DNA of 64,000 nt from an uncultured virus (IMG/VR IMGVR_UViG_3300046171_000218). Its lineage: Duplodnaviria > Heunggongvirae > Uroviricota > Caudoviricetes. Below, one piece after another: positions 48,404 through 56,745 of this stretch. The translations under genes were made by a program, and so were the position numbers. The DNA lies in the IMG/VR virus record IMGVR_UViG_3300046171_000218; one strand, given 5' to 3'. Below the pieces are notes generated by a model. That model had not been told where the DNA came from, made no database searches, and worked only from the letters and a program-made list of their open reading frames with translations. Position 1 is the first letter of the stretch. Every line of letters starts with the position of its first letter.

Positions 48404-49257
48404 TCGTATCCATACTCCTTTTTCATTTCGTCGAATATTTTTCTGATACCCACATCAATTGTGGTTTGAGGAATCCACCAGTCAAGGATGTAAGTATCTG
48501 GTGCGTTTCTCTTGTCAAGTTGAACGCTATCTTTAGCAAGTCCAGACTTGATATTAATATCATGCCTCCCAATCAATCCAAAACATCCCTGGATGATATT
48601 AGCAACCTCTCTAATAGTGTTAGAGCGGAATGAGGTGATGTGAAGAGGATCTTCTGGTTTGAAGTCAGTATAAGACTCCATGATAGTCTCTAATGCCTCA
48701 CAGCAGTCTTCAGCATAGAGGAACTGACGCTCTTCTGTGCCATCTGTCAGCATCTCAAACTCCTTCTCTTCAAATCCTTTACGGATAAAATCAGTGATGA
48801 CATGTGCTTTATCCATATTTTTCTCAATACCGTAGACATTCCAGAACTTGACAATCAGTCCTTTTAGAGTACTAGTGTAAAGTTCACCAACACGTTTCAA
48901 TACACCATAAGGAGAGTAACTCATGTTACTCATCTGAGATGATGCAAAGACAAAACGCTTCTTATACTTGCCAAGCAAATTAAAAATGTTTGCCATCATA
49001 CGAGTGTTGTTATTAACAAAATCAAACGTATGTTGATACTTCTTTAGATATCTAGAACCACCCACATCAAAGGCAAGAACAAATACAAAGTCTGCATTCT
49101 TGATTGCACGATCAAGATTATGATTCGGAATCTGAGTCAAATCTTCACCATGATGTCGAGCGATGTCGAATGGCGTGACATCATGCCCTTTAGCGGAAAG
49201 GTGCTCAACGAGATAAGCACCAATCTGTCCACTTGAACCCAATACTGTAACTTTCAT
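48400..49257 (-). CDS. NAD-dependent epimerase/dehydratase
   Basis: LGSSGQIG, FASS, YGVLK, NVYG, R.FLY..D. Confidence 0.88.
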   Translation of the reverse strand: MKVTVLGSSGQIGAYLVEHLSAKGHDVTPFDIARHHGEDLTQIPNHNLDRAIKNADFVFVLAFDVGGSRYLKKYQHTFDFVNNNTRMMANIFNLLGKYKKRFVFASSQMSNMSYSPYGVLKRVGELYTSTLKGLIVKFWNVYGIEKNMDKAHVITDFIRKGFEEKEFEMLTDGTEERQFLYAEDCCEALETIMESYTDFKPEDPLHITSFRSNTIREVANIIQGCFGLIGRHDINIKSGLAKDSVQLDKRNAPDTYILDWWIPQTTIDVGIRKIFDEMKKEYGYE

Positions 49258-50303
49258 CGATTAGCAACCTGAATAGCAATCCAATTATATGTCTTTCTAA
49301 TTCCTTCTTCAAGTGTCTGAGAATAATCCCAATCAAGTTTCTCACGAATGAGATCGTTATTAGAATTACGTCCACGAACACCAAGAGGTGCATCAAGTTT
49401 GTGACGCTTCTGAACAACCTTTCCAGAGACTCTAGCAGCAGTCTCTACAAGTTCATTGATGGTTACCATCTCTTCAGAACCAATATTGACAGGGCCAATA
49501 AAATCACTATCCATCAACCTTCTAGTTGCTTCAATGCATTCATCAATGAACAGGAAGGAACGAGTCTGTAAGCCATCTCCCCACACCTCGATGGATCCAC
49601 CGAGCGGCGCGAGATCTGCGACTTTACGGCAGATTGCAGCTGGCGCTTTCTCTCTTCCACCCTCCCAGGTTCCTTCAGGCCCGAAGATATTATGATATCG
49701 AGCAACCCGAACAGGGATATCGTGATTACGATGATAAGCAAAGTAAAGTCGTTCAGAAAATAGTTTTTCCCATCCGTATTCCGAGTCTGGATTGGCGGGG
49801 TATGCGGATTCTTCACGGCAATCTGGATTATCAGGATCAAGTTGATTATGCTCTGGATACATGCAGGCAGATCCAGAATAGAAAATCTTTGTCTTATTTA
49901 CTTCTGTCCTTTCGTTAAGTTTACGTTGCTCTTCAAGGACATTCAGATTAATCGATACTGAATTATGCATGATGTCTGCGTCGTTCTCGCCAGTGAAAAC
50001 GAAACCTGCACCACCCATATCGGCAGCAAACTGATAGATCTCATCAAAAGATTCAATCAGTCTTTCTGGAACATTTTTAAAAAAGTTTCCATTATATCCT
50101 TTAAACTCAAGAACTCTTTTCACAAATGAAACATCCCTGAGATCACCAAGAATAAATTCGTTTGCTCTAGTAGAAGAGAACTCAGGATTCTTTAGATCTA
50201 CTCCGCGAACCCAGTAACCTTCTTCGCGGAGTCTTTTAACCATATGACTTCCAATAAAGCCACCTGCACCAAGTACCAGTGCAGTCTTATTATATTCAGA
50301 CAT
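49254..50303 (-). CDS. GDP-mannose 3,5-epimerase-like SDR
   Basis: GAGGFIG, AADMGGAGF, SACMYP, YGWEK, GGREKAPAAICRK, GVRGRNS. Confidence 0.88.
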   Translation of the reverse strand: MSEYNKTALVLGAGGFIGSHMVKRLREEGYWVRGVDLKNPEFSSTRANEFILGDLRDVSFVKRVLEFKGYNGNFFKNVPERLIESFDEIYQFAADMGGAGFVFTGENDADIMHNSVSINLNVLEEQRKLNERTEVNKTKIFYSGSACMYPEHNQLDPDNPDCREESAYPANPDSEYGWEKLFSERLYFAYHRNHDIPVRVARYHNIFGPEGTWEGGREKAPAAICRKVADLAPLGGSIEVWGDGLQTRSFLFIDECIEATRRLMDSDFIGPVNIGSEEMVTINELVETAARVSGKVVQKRHKLDAPLGVRGRNSNNDLIREKLDWDYSQTLEEGIRKTYNWIAIQVANR

Positions 50304-50322
50304 GATGAAGACTTATACGTGT

Positions 50323-50556
50323 CTATTTAGATACTGTATCTTTGATGTAACAAGGAACACCTTCAGGATCTAACCACTTTGTATACTCGAAGTCATCCAT
50401 AGCAGTAATCAATTGCATTTTGTTGTCAAGCAAATACATGTCACTGTATCGCTTAGTGTAGTAATGTGCTTTTTGAATACGATAGTCAGGATGTCCGTTC
50501 TCTAGGACACCGGACTCAACGTAACGATAGGGGAAGCGTTCAAGAAGAACTTTCAT
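50323..50556 (-). CDS. Conserved hypothetical protein
   Basis: ERFPYRYVE.G.LENG.PDYRIQK...DFEYTKWLDP. Confidence 0.75.
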   Translation of the reverse strand: MKVLLERFPYRYVESGVLENGHPDYRIQKAHYYTKRYSDMYLLDNKMQLITAMDDFEYTKWLDPEGVPCYIKDTVSK

Positions 50557-50819
50557 TGGACTTCGATAGTTTCAAGATCATTATACACGTATTCCATCAG
50601 GATGTCATAGTCATCCATGGGATCGCCAGAAAAAACCACACCGCTATTCTCATAATACTTGCGGACTTTCTTGAAAAGTTTTGGGTTCTTCACATCGAGA
50701 AAGAATTCTCCATTTGCTGCACTTCGGAGAGTCTGTACGTCTTTCTTGAATTTTGTAGTCAGTGTCATTTTGCTGGGTGTTGACGAGTCAAGTATAACTG
50801 ACTTATGTATCCTTGTCAA
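50553..50819 (-). CDS. Conserved hypothetical protein (start probably at MTLTTKF)
   Basis: LDVKNPKLFKKVR.YYE..GVVFSGDP.DDY. Confidence 0.7.
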   Translation of the reverse strand: MTRIHKSVILDSSTPSKMTLTTKFKKDVQTLRSAANGEFFLDVKNPKLFKKVRKYYENSGVVFSGDPMDDYDILMEYVYNDLETIEVQ

Positions 50820-50892
50820 TAGGGGTTGCGAGGATCGAACTCGCCTTAGGCAAATTATGAGTTTGCTGCATTCACCAGATTGCTAAACCCCT
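50820..50892 (-). tRNA. tRNA-CAT (Met or lysidine-type Ile2)
   Basis: Cloverleaf, anticodon arm GCAAA-CTCATAA-TTTGC, T-loop GTTCGATC. Confidence 0.85.
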
Positions 50893-50967
50893 TGGTAGGA
50901 CTGCTGAGAATTGAACTCAGTTCACACCGTTATAAGCAGTGGGCCTTAACCAATAGGCGACAGTCCC
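50893..50967 (-). tRNA. tRNA-Ile(TAT), CCA encoded
   Basis: Anticodon arm CACTG-CTTATAA-CGGTG, T-loop GTTCAATT, ends ACCA. Confidence 0.88.
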
Positions 50968-50972
50968 TCAAT

Positions 50973-51143
50973 TCAAGAACCTTCTTCGTGTTCTGTATAC
51001 ATTTTTAGTAGTTCGTCGTCCTCTGGTATAAAGACAGCTGCTGTACCATCTTCTTTGACAATACCAAGTCTCTCTCCATTCTCAACTCGTGCGAAGAGTT
51101 CGTCGAAATTTTCTTCCCATTCTTTTAAAGTAAAGATTTCCAT
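50973..51143 (-). CDS. Small protein, possibly Phd/YefM-like (56 aa)
   Basis: Manual translation MEIFTLKEWEENFDELFARVENGERLGIVKEDGTAAVFIP. Confidence 0.6.
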   Translation of the reverse strand: MEIFTLKEWEENFDELFARVENGERLGIVKEDGTAAVFIPEDDELLKMYTEHEEGS

Positions 51144-51825
51144 TTGTCAACAAGAGCGAAAAGTCCATGAGAGTAGAATCCTAGGACTATCGATCCCAGA
51201 ATCGCACTTATAATTGTAGCAGTTTTATTGTGTTTGTCAATTGCCTTATCAATCATTTCTTGGCACTGTTTTTCCGTAACATAGTGCTCTGGTTTGATTT
51301 CATCCATTCTGTGACTCATCTTCGTCTAACTGGGACAATCTCTTCTCCCATGTTACTCCACCTTCCATTCCAACGCAAGGGTTTATACAGGTTTCATCAC
51401 CAAGATTATTACATACTAGTCCTGCAAGATCTAATTCATTTCCCAACTTACCGGTTCCACTCCAGTAATGTTGCCCGCCTATCCATGTAGCGCCGCATTT
51501 TGGGCATATCTTAGTATCAACTGACAAAGATGTTTGTTCATCAGACATTCTTCTTTTGCTCCTTGAATAATTGTTTTCTGTCTTTCACAAGTTGAGATCT
51601 AATTTTTCTCATCAAGAAGTATGATCTCAATTTAATAAAAGAATACCTGACATTAAGATCAATGTATGCTACAAGTCGCATAGTGGCATTATAACCACCT
51701 ATTAAAATTAATGCAACAAATATTAGAACAAGAAGATAAAAGAGAACCAATATTTTTATGCAGGTATAATTGTATATAGAAACAAGATGTTTTTTAAGAT
51801 GTGTAACATGTTGATACAAAGACAA
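51125..51825 (-). CDS. Three small hypothetical ORFs (51125-51319, 51300-51548 with CPKC, 51541-51825)
   Basis: Overlapping co-oriented ORFs within the tRNA region. Confidence 0.55.
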
Positions 51826-51899
51826 TCGGGATGATAGGATTTGAACCTACGGCCACTCGCTCCCAAAGCGAGTGCTCTACCAAACTGAGCTACATCCCG
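51826..51899 (-). tRNA. tRNA-Pro(TGG)
   Basis: CGGGATGTAGCTCAG...CTCGC-TTTGGGA-GCGAG...GTTCAAATC. Confidence 0.93.
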
Positions 51900-51987
51900 T
51901 GGAGGAAAGTGAGGGATTTGAACCCTCGGAGGTGTTACCCTCTCCAGTTTTCAAGACTGGTGCAATAAACCACTCTGCCAACTTTCC
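51900..51987 (-). tRNA. tRNA-Ser(TGA), CCA encoded
   Basis: CCAGT-CTTGAAA-ACTGG, long variable arm. Confidence 0.93.
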
Positions 51988-52159
51988 GTTCGTTATCGTT
52001 CCAGTGTCTTATGACTCCAGATACAATAAAAGCGTTAGTAACCATGTAGCTAACAAATATAATGGTGCGTATGCCAGCAACGTAATTATCGTAAGGAGCT
52101 GTTTTGTCGTCACTGAAACTTCCGATGGCATACTTCCAAACTTCCCAAACTTTTTTCAT
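51935..52159 (-). CDS. Membrane hypothetical protein reading into tRNA-Ser
   Basis: WKYAIGSFSDDKT..YDN...RHWN; stop lies inside the tRNA. Confidence 0.65.
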   Translation of the reverse strand: MKKVWEVWKYAIGSFSDDKTAPYDNYVAGIRTIIFVSYMVTNAFIVSGVIRHWNDNERKVGRVVYCTSLENWRG

Positions 52160-52404
52160 TTAATTTCAAAATCAAGTTTGCGAACTTTACGCTTTCTTCT
52201 CTTCTCTTGATCTGCAAGATCTTGATTAGAGAGAACATTATTTGATAACTTTTTCTTATCAGAATTGATCATAACAATTTTGCTAAGATCCTGAGCAGAA
52301 ACTTTATCACCTAACACAGTCATCATGTTAGGGCAACCACAGACTTGAGTTTTAGTATTACTACAAATTTCTGTGTTGCATTCTTTGCAACGTACAATAA
52401 TCAT
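52156..52404 (-). CDS. Zn-ribbon-like hypothetical protein
   Basis: RCKEC...CGCPN. Confidence 0.7.
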   Translation of the reverse strand: MIIVRCKECNTEICSNTKTQVCGCPNMMTVLGDKVSAQDLSKIVMINSDKKKLSNNVLSNQDLADQEKRRKRKVRKLDFEIK

Positions 52405-52428
52405 TTTTCATAACCCTCCTAATGGGAA

Positions 52429-52500
52429 TGCTTGATGACGGGATCGAACCGCCGACACCCAGAATGTAACTCTGGTGTTCTACCTCTGAACTAATCAAGC
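52429..52500 (-). tRNA. tRNA-Val(TAC)
   Basis: CCAGA-GTTACAT-TCTGG anticodon arm, GTTCGATC T-loop. Confidence 0.85.
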
Positions 52501-52504
52501 AAAG

Positions 52505-52576
52505 CTCCCCCACTTGGACTCGAACCAAGAACCGCTCGATTAACAGTCGAGAGCTCTACCATTGAGCTATAGAGGA
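52505..52576 (-). tRNA. tRNA-Asn(GTT)
   Basis: TCCTCTATAGCTCAATGG...CTCGA-CTGTTAA-TCGAG. Confidence 0.92.
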
Positions 52577-52734
52577 TTGTTTTTTTGTTCCTTCTTTAGT
52601 TTGAAATACAGTTTATGATACTTATCACACATTTTTCTGAGAACATCTCTGTCTTCGTCAAAACCAAGTTTCTTAGTGTGTTGATAAGAACCTTCTAACT
52701 CTGATATAAGTAGAAGAATTTCAACTGGTTTCAT
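52567..52734 (-). CDS. Small hypothetical protein (55 aa), stop inside tRNA-Asn
   Basis: Manual translation MKPVEILLLISELEGSYQHTKKLGFDED...; AGGA RBS. Confidence 0.6.
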   Translation of the reverse strand: MKPVEILLLISELEGSYQHTKKLGFDEDRDVLRKMCDKYHKLYFKLKKEQKNNPL

Positions 52735-52750
52735 GTTCCTAAAAAAGGAA

Positions 52751-52822
52751 AGCGGAGTATCGGAATCGAACCGACGACATCTAACTTGGAAGGATAGCGT
52801 TCTACCGCTGAACTAACTCCGC
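52751..52822 (-). tRNA. tRNA-Gly(TCC)
   Basis: GCGGAGTTAGTTCAGCGG...CTTCCAA loop...GTTCGATT. Confidence 0.92.
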
Positions 52823-52826
52823 GAGG

Positions 52827-52900
52827 CGTCTCAGGTAGGACTCGAACCTACGGCCGACTGCTTAGAAGGCAGTTGCTCTAATCCACTGAGCTACTGAGAC
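52827..52900 (-). tRNA. tRNA-Arg(TCT)
   Basis: ACTGC-CTTCTAA-GCAGT anticodon arm, GTTCGAGT. Confidence 0.92.
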
Positions 52901-52912
52901 AAAAGAGAAGAC

Positions 52913-53119
52913 TCAAATCTCTGATTCAGAACCCCGAGTTGTGTCTTCAAGTACAATGTAGTCCATTCCATCCATTTTGTCAAGATCGAACCACTCGTAC
53001 CATTCATCCATCATTGCAAGTCTATCATAAATTTGATCAACTGATTCAGTTGTTGCCATTTCTTCAATGCGATTGATTGCCCAATCACGAGCTTGCATTA
53101 CTACGTCCGTCGTTTCCAT
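52913..53119 (-). CDS. Hypothetical protein (start taken at METTD)
   Basis: ARDWAINRI...EWYEWFD. Confidence 0.6.
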   Translation of the reverse strand: METTDVVMQARDWAINRIEEMATTESVDQIYDRLAMMDEWYEWFDLDKMDGMDYIVLEDTTRGSESEI

Positions 53120-53558
53120 AGTAGTCTTTTCGGAAGTATCTGCTGAGGATGTTACTATTGTAGAACTTTGGAACTCCGTTGTCAAGGGATTCTGTGAGGA
53201 CTCCGTTGACGAAGAGTTGTCTGGTTTCTTCAAAATTAGTTTTGCCCTTCGTTTTATGAACGCTGATAATAGTTCTGCTAAAATTTTGCTTACCGAATTT
53301 GTCAATGTCTTCTTTAAGTTCCGGACAAGAACCATAATATTTTTTCCAGTCAGATTCAGATTTTACTTTTCGTTTTTTACCTCTTGGAGTTCTAAACTGC
53401 CAGAAGTATTTTCTACCGATGTACTGTCGATTGTTTTGTAAATTTGTAATGAGGTAGACAAAACCGAACTTATCGCCAATATTTTCAGATAAAAAAGGTT
53501 GTCCTTCAAAAATCCAGGGATTTTCATAATCACATTCAAATCTCATCAACAATATCAA
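53085..53558 (-). CDS. GIY-YIG endonuclease (T4 EndoII/Seg-like)
   Basis: GFVYLITN..N.RQYIGRK, SDWKKYYGS, FYNSNI. Confidence 0.85.
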   Translation of the reverse strand: MILLMRFECDYENPWIFEGQPFLSENIGDKFGFVYLITNLQNNRQYIGRKYFWQFRTPRGKKRKVKSESDWKKYYGSCPELKEDIDKFGKQNFSRTIISVHKTKGKTNFEETRQLFVNGVLTESLDNGVPKFYNSNILSRYFRKDYYGNDGRSNASS

Positions 53559-53577
53559 TGATATGTTTAGTTATTTA

Positions 53578-54270
53578 TCAAGAATAACTAAACGATTTTT
53601 GTTTTTCTTCAGGTAATGAATCATCATCAAATAATATCAGTACGTCCTCAGAAAAAACAGCATTATAAATGATGTGTTTACTGTATTTGATATCAAATTC
53701 AGTTATAGTCGCACCTATAGTATATCTTATTTGATCACTGTTATTTGATCCAACCATATGGTATATACTATTGTCAACTAATTGTATATGTCCTAATTTA
53801 TTTTTTTCGTGATGATACTTATATCTTGGACAATTTATATATGGAAAAGCATAGGTTATACCCAGATTTTCATCTCCACCGATAAAAATATTCGCAGTTA
53901 ATCCATTGGTGGGTTTGTACGGAGAATAAACTGAATGCTTATGCCATTTTATATTTTGATTTTTTTTATAAATATTGCCCCAAGATTGAACTAATAACGG
54001 GTAATGTAAGTTTGGAAATTTATTTTTTAAAAATTTTTTTAATCTAGAAATATATTTTGGATTATCTTTAAAAAAGTTATATGACTCATACAGTCCTGTA
54101 GTATAATTTGTAAATGTAGAAGTGTCATCAATATTTCTATATTTTTTATCGAGTTCATCTTTTAAATTTTGTTTGAGATAATTTTCTTTTTCTTCAATGT
54201 ATTGGATTATCTCTAAACACTCATGTTCGTCAAAAAACGGTAAGTGTGTTAACTCTATTATATTTTCCAT
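53578..54270 (-). CDS. AT-rich hypothetical protein, probable 2OG-Fe(II) oxygenase fold
   Basis: QSWGNIY...WHKH...YHMV...RYTIG. Confidence 0.6.
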   Translation of the reverse strand: MENIIELTHLPFFDEHECLEIIQYIEEKENYLKQNLKDELDKKYRNIDDTSTFTNYTTGLYESYNFFKDNPKYISRLKKFLKNKFPNLHYPLLVQSWGNIYKKNQNIKWHKHSVYSPYKPTNGLTANIFIGGDENLGITYAFPYINCPRYKYHHEKNKLGHIQLVDNSIYHMVGSNNSDQIRYTIGATITEFDIKYSKHIIYNAVFSEDVLILFDDDSLPEEKQKSFSYS

Positions 54271-56663
54271 ATTAAATCACAATAATTACGAATCGATCTA
54301 TCTGATGAGAAGAATCCAGATCTAGCGATATTTATCAATGACTTACGACTCCATTCTTCACGATTGCCCCAAGTGGTATCTACAACACTCTGGGCACGAT
54401 TATAATCCTCAAAGTCAGCACATACACAGAATGGATCACTATTGAGAATATTATCAATAAGTGGTTTGAACACATCTCTGTCACCACCACTAAAGTGTCC
54501 AGATTTTATAAGTTGAATCGCTTCAAATAATTTTGGACTCATGTAGTGTTTTGGATTGTATCCATTACTCCATAGTTCACCAATCTGCTCCTCAGTATTA
54601 CCAAAGAGGAAGAAGTTCTCTTCACCTACCAAATCACGAATCTCAACGTTTGCACCGTCAAGTGTACCAATAGTCAGAGCACCATTCATCTGGAACTTCA
54701 TATTACCAGTACCAGATGCTTCCTTACCTGCTGTAGAAATCTGTTCTGAAAGATCAGCAGCAGGATATACCTTCTCTCCAAGTTTAACACTATAGTTTGG
54801 AAGAAAAATAACTTTCAGTTTCCCATCCATATCAGGATCACTATTGATAGTCTCGGCAATAGAGCAAATAAATCTGATAATAAGTTTTGCCATCCAGTAA
54901 CCTGGAGCAGCTTTACCACCAAATATTACTGTGCGAGGTACAACGTAATCGTCTTTATGATTTTTGATATACACATACCTAGAAACCACCCATAAAGCAA
55001 GGAGATGCTGGCGTTTGTATTCATGAATCCTCTTTACTTGAACGTCAAACATACTTGACGGATCAACAGAAACACCAAGAGTCTTCTGTATATATTGAGA
55101 CAGTTTATGCTTTCCTAAAGTTTTAGTATTTGTAATCTGTTCAAGTAAATTAGAATCATCAAGTCCATCCTCAAGTCCTTGAAGTTTACTCATATCAGTT
55201 ATCCAATCAGAACCGATATAATCAGTAATAACTTCACTTAATGCTGTATTAGAACTTGCCAACCACCTTCTAGGGGTTACACCATTAGTAACATTAGTAA
55301 ACTTATGAGGCCAAAGTTCATAGAACTCTGGCATGAGATTTTTAGTGATAAGATCAGAGTGAAGAGCAGCAACACCATTTACATGATGAGATCCAACCGT
55401 TGCGAGGTTTGCCATACGAACGGATCTGTTTCCGTCCTCATCAATGATCGAAAGTTTCCTGAGGATTTTATCATCGCCAGGATACTTCATTCTAACAACC
55501 TGTAAAAATCTATGGTTGATGTCATAGATGATCTCAAGGTGTCTAGGAAGTAAATCCCCAAACATCTCCAGATCCCACTTCTCAAGTGCTTCTGGAAGCA
55601 GTGTATGATTAGTATATGCGATTGACTTGGTTGTAATATCCCATGCTAGATCCCAATCAATTCTATTGTCATCAACGAGAAGTCTCATCAACTCAGCAAC
55701 AGCTACTGCTGGATGAGTATCATTTAATTGAACTTGATAATGTTTATGAAAATCTTCTAAAGAAATATTGTTTTCTTTAAGTGTTCTAATCATGTCCTGA
55801 AGTGAGGCACTAACAAAGAAAAACTGTTGCTTCAGTCTCAGTCTTTTTCCTTGACAGGTTCCATCATTTGGATAAAGAACTTTAGAAATAGTCTCAGTAA
55901 AGACACACTTCTCTACCGAACCCAGGTAGTCTCCTTGGTTAAATGCATCGAAATCAAATACATCGCAAGCATCTGCTCTCCAGAGTCTTAATTTGTTGCA
56001 CCCCTCAACATTATATCCAACCTGAAGAACATCATAAGGAACCGCAAAGACGTACTCCTCAGGCACCCAGCGTACTCTCTTAATATTATCCCCATTGTTT
56101 GAGGTATAGTGCTCGACTTTGCCGCCAAATCCAACCTTTACAGATTGATCTGGATAACTGACTTCCCAAGGCCAATCACCATGCAACCAGTTATCAGTGA
56201 CTTCTACCTGCTGATTATTGTGTATGCTCTGCTTGAAAATACCAAACTTGTATCTAATACCATATCCCGTTGCAGGAACCTTCAGGGTGGAAAGAGACTC
56301 CATATAGCAGGCAGCGAGTCTACCCAATCCACCATTACCCAATCCAGGTTCTTCTGCTTGTTCTAAAATCTCATCAAGAGAATATCCATACTCTTTTACA
56401 GACTCTGCAGCAACTTCTTTCAATCCAAGATTGAGTAAATTATTTGCTAGTTGTGGCCCTATCAAAAACTCTGCTGATAGATATGCAACTGTTTTATTTG
56501 GTTTGGGATTATTATGATAAGATGTCATCATCCTATCCCTAATGGCATAACACAATGCCATATACACATCATGAACCGTTTCAGTTTTTGGTTTCTTACC
56601 TAAGGTGAATGTAAGGTGATCACCAATTGCCGAACTAATATCAACAGTACTAATTTTATGCAT
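54258..56663 (-). CDS. glgP: Glycogen/starch/alpha-glucan phosphorylase (GT35)
   Basis: LGNGGLGRLAAC, LYPND, QLNDTHP, YTNHT, NGVTPRRW, QVKRIHEYKRQ, GKAAPGY, EASGTGNMK (PLP Lys), GTLDGAN, FSSDR; uninterrupted 801 aa. Confidence 0.97.
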   Translation of the reverse strand: MHKISTVDISSAIGDHLTFTLGKKPKTETVHDVYMALCYAIRDRMMTSYHNNPKPNKTVAYLSAEFLIGPQLANNLLNLGLKEVAAESVKEYGYSLDEILEQAEEPGLGNGGLGRLAACYMESLSTLKVPATGYGIRYKFGIFKQSIHNNQQVEVTDNWLHGDWPWEVSYPDQSVKVGFGGKVEHYTSNNGDNIKRVRWVPEEYVFAVPYDVLQVGYNVEGCNKLRLWRADACDVFDFDAFNQGDYLGSVEKCVFTETISKVLYPNDGTCQGKRLRLKQQFFFVSASLQDMIRTLKENNISLEDFHKHYQVQLNDTHPAVAVAELMRLLVDDNRIDWDLAWDITTKSIAYTNHTLLPEALEKWDLEMFGDLLPRHLEIIYDINHRFLQVVRMKYPGDDKILRKLSIIDEDGNRSVRMANLATVGSHHVNGVAALHSDLITKNLMPEFYELWPHKFTNVTNGVTPRRWLASSNTALSEVITDYIGSDWITDMSKLQGLEDGLDDSNLLEQITNTKTLGKHKLSQYIQKTLGVSVDPSSMFDVQVKRIHEYKRQHLLALWVVSRYVYIKNHKDDYVVPRTVIFGGKAAPGYWMAKLIIRFICSIAETINSDPDMDGKLKVIFLPNYSVKLGEKVYPAADLSEQISTAGKEASGTGNMKFQMNGALTIGTLDGANVEIRDLVGEENFFLFGNTEEQIGELWSNGYNPKHYMSPKLFEAIQLIKSGHFSGGDRDVFKPLIDNILNSDPFCVCADFEDYNRAQSVVDTTWGNREEWSRKSLINIARSGFFSSDRSIRNYCDLIWKI

Positions 56664-56695
56664 AATATTATGCGATGTGTTTACTATTTAAGCAC

Positions 56696-56729
56696 AAAAA
56701 AAGAGTCCGTCAACTAAGTTGAGGACTCT
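56696..56729 (-). terminator. Rho-independent terminator after nrdB
   Basis: AGAGTCC...GGACTCT hairpin followed by a T-tract. Confidence 0.75.
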
Positions 56730-56745
56730 GTTTTGTTTTCCTAAC

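Noticed and set aside
50973..51143. Toxin-antitoxin module
   Set aside because: Only a weak Phd-like resemblance and no recognisable adjacent toxin.
51800..51820. TGTAAC...GATACA palindrome as an NtcA site
   Set aside because: Spacing is GTA-N9-TAC rather than N8.
51872..52210. Plus-strand 112-aa ORF
   Set aside because: It is the reverse complement of tRNA-Pro/Ser and a minus-strand gene.
53085..53558. GIY-YIG gene as a mobile element that carried glgP
   Set aside because: Short catalytic-domain-only protein with no DNA-binding extension or visible insertion scars; no evidence of mobility.
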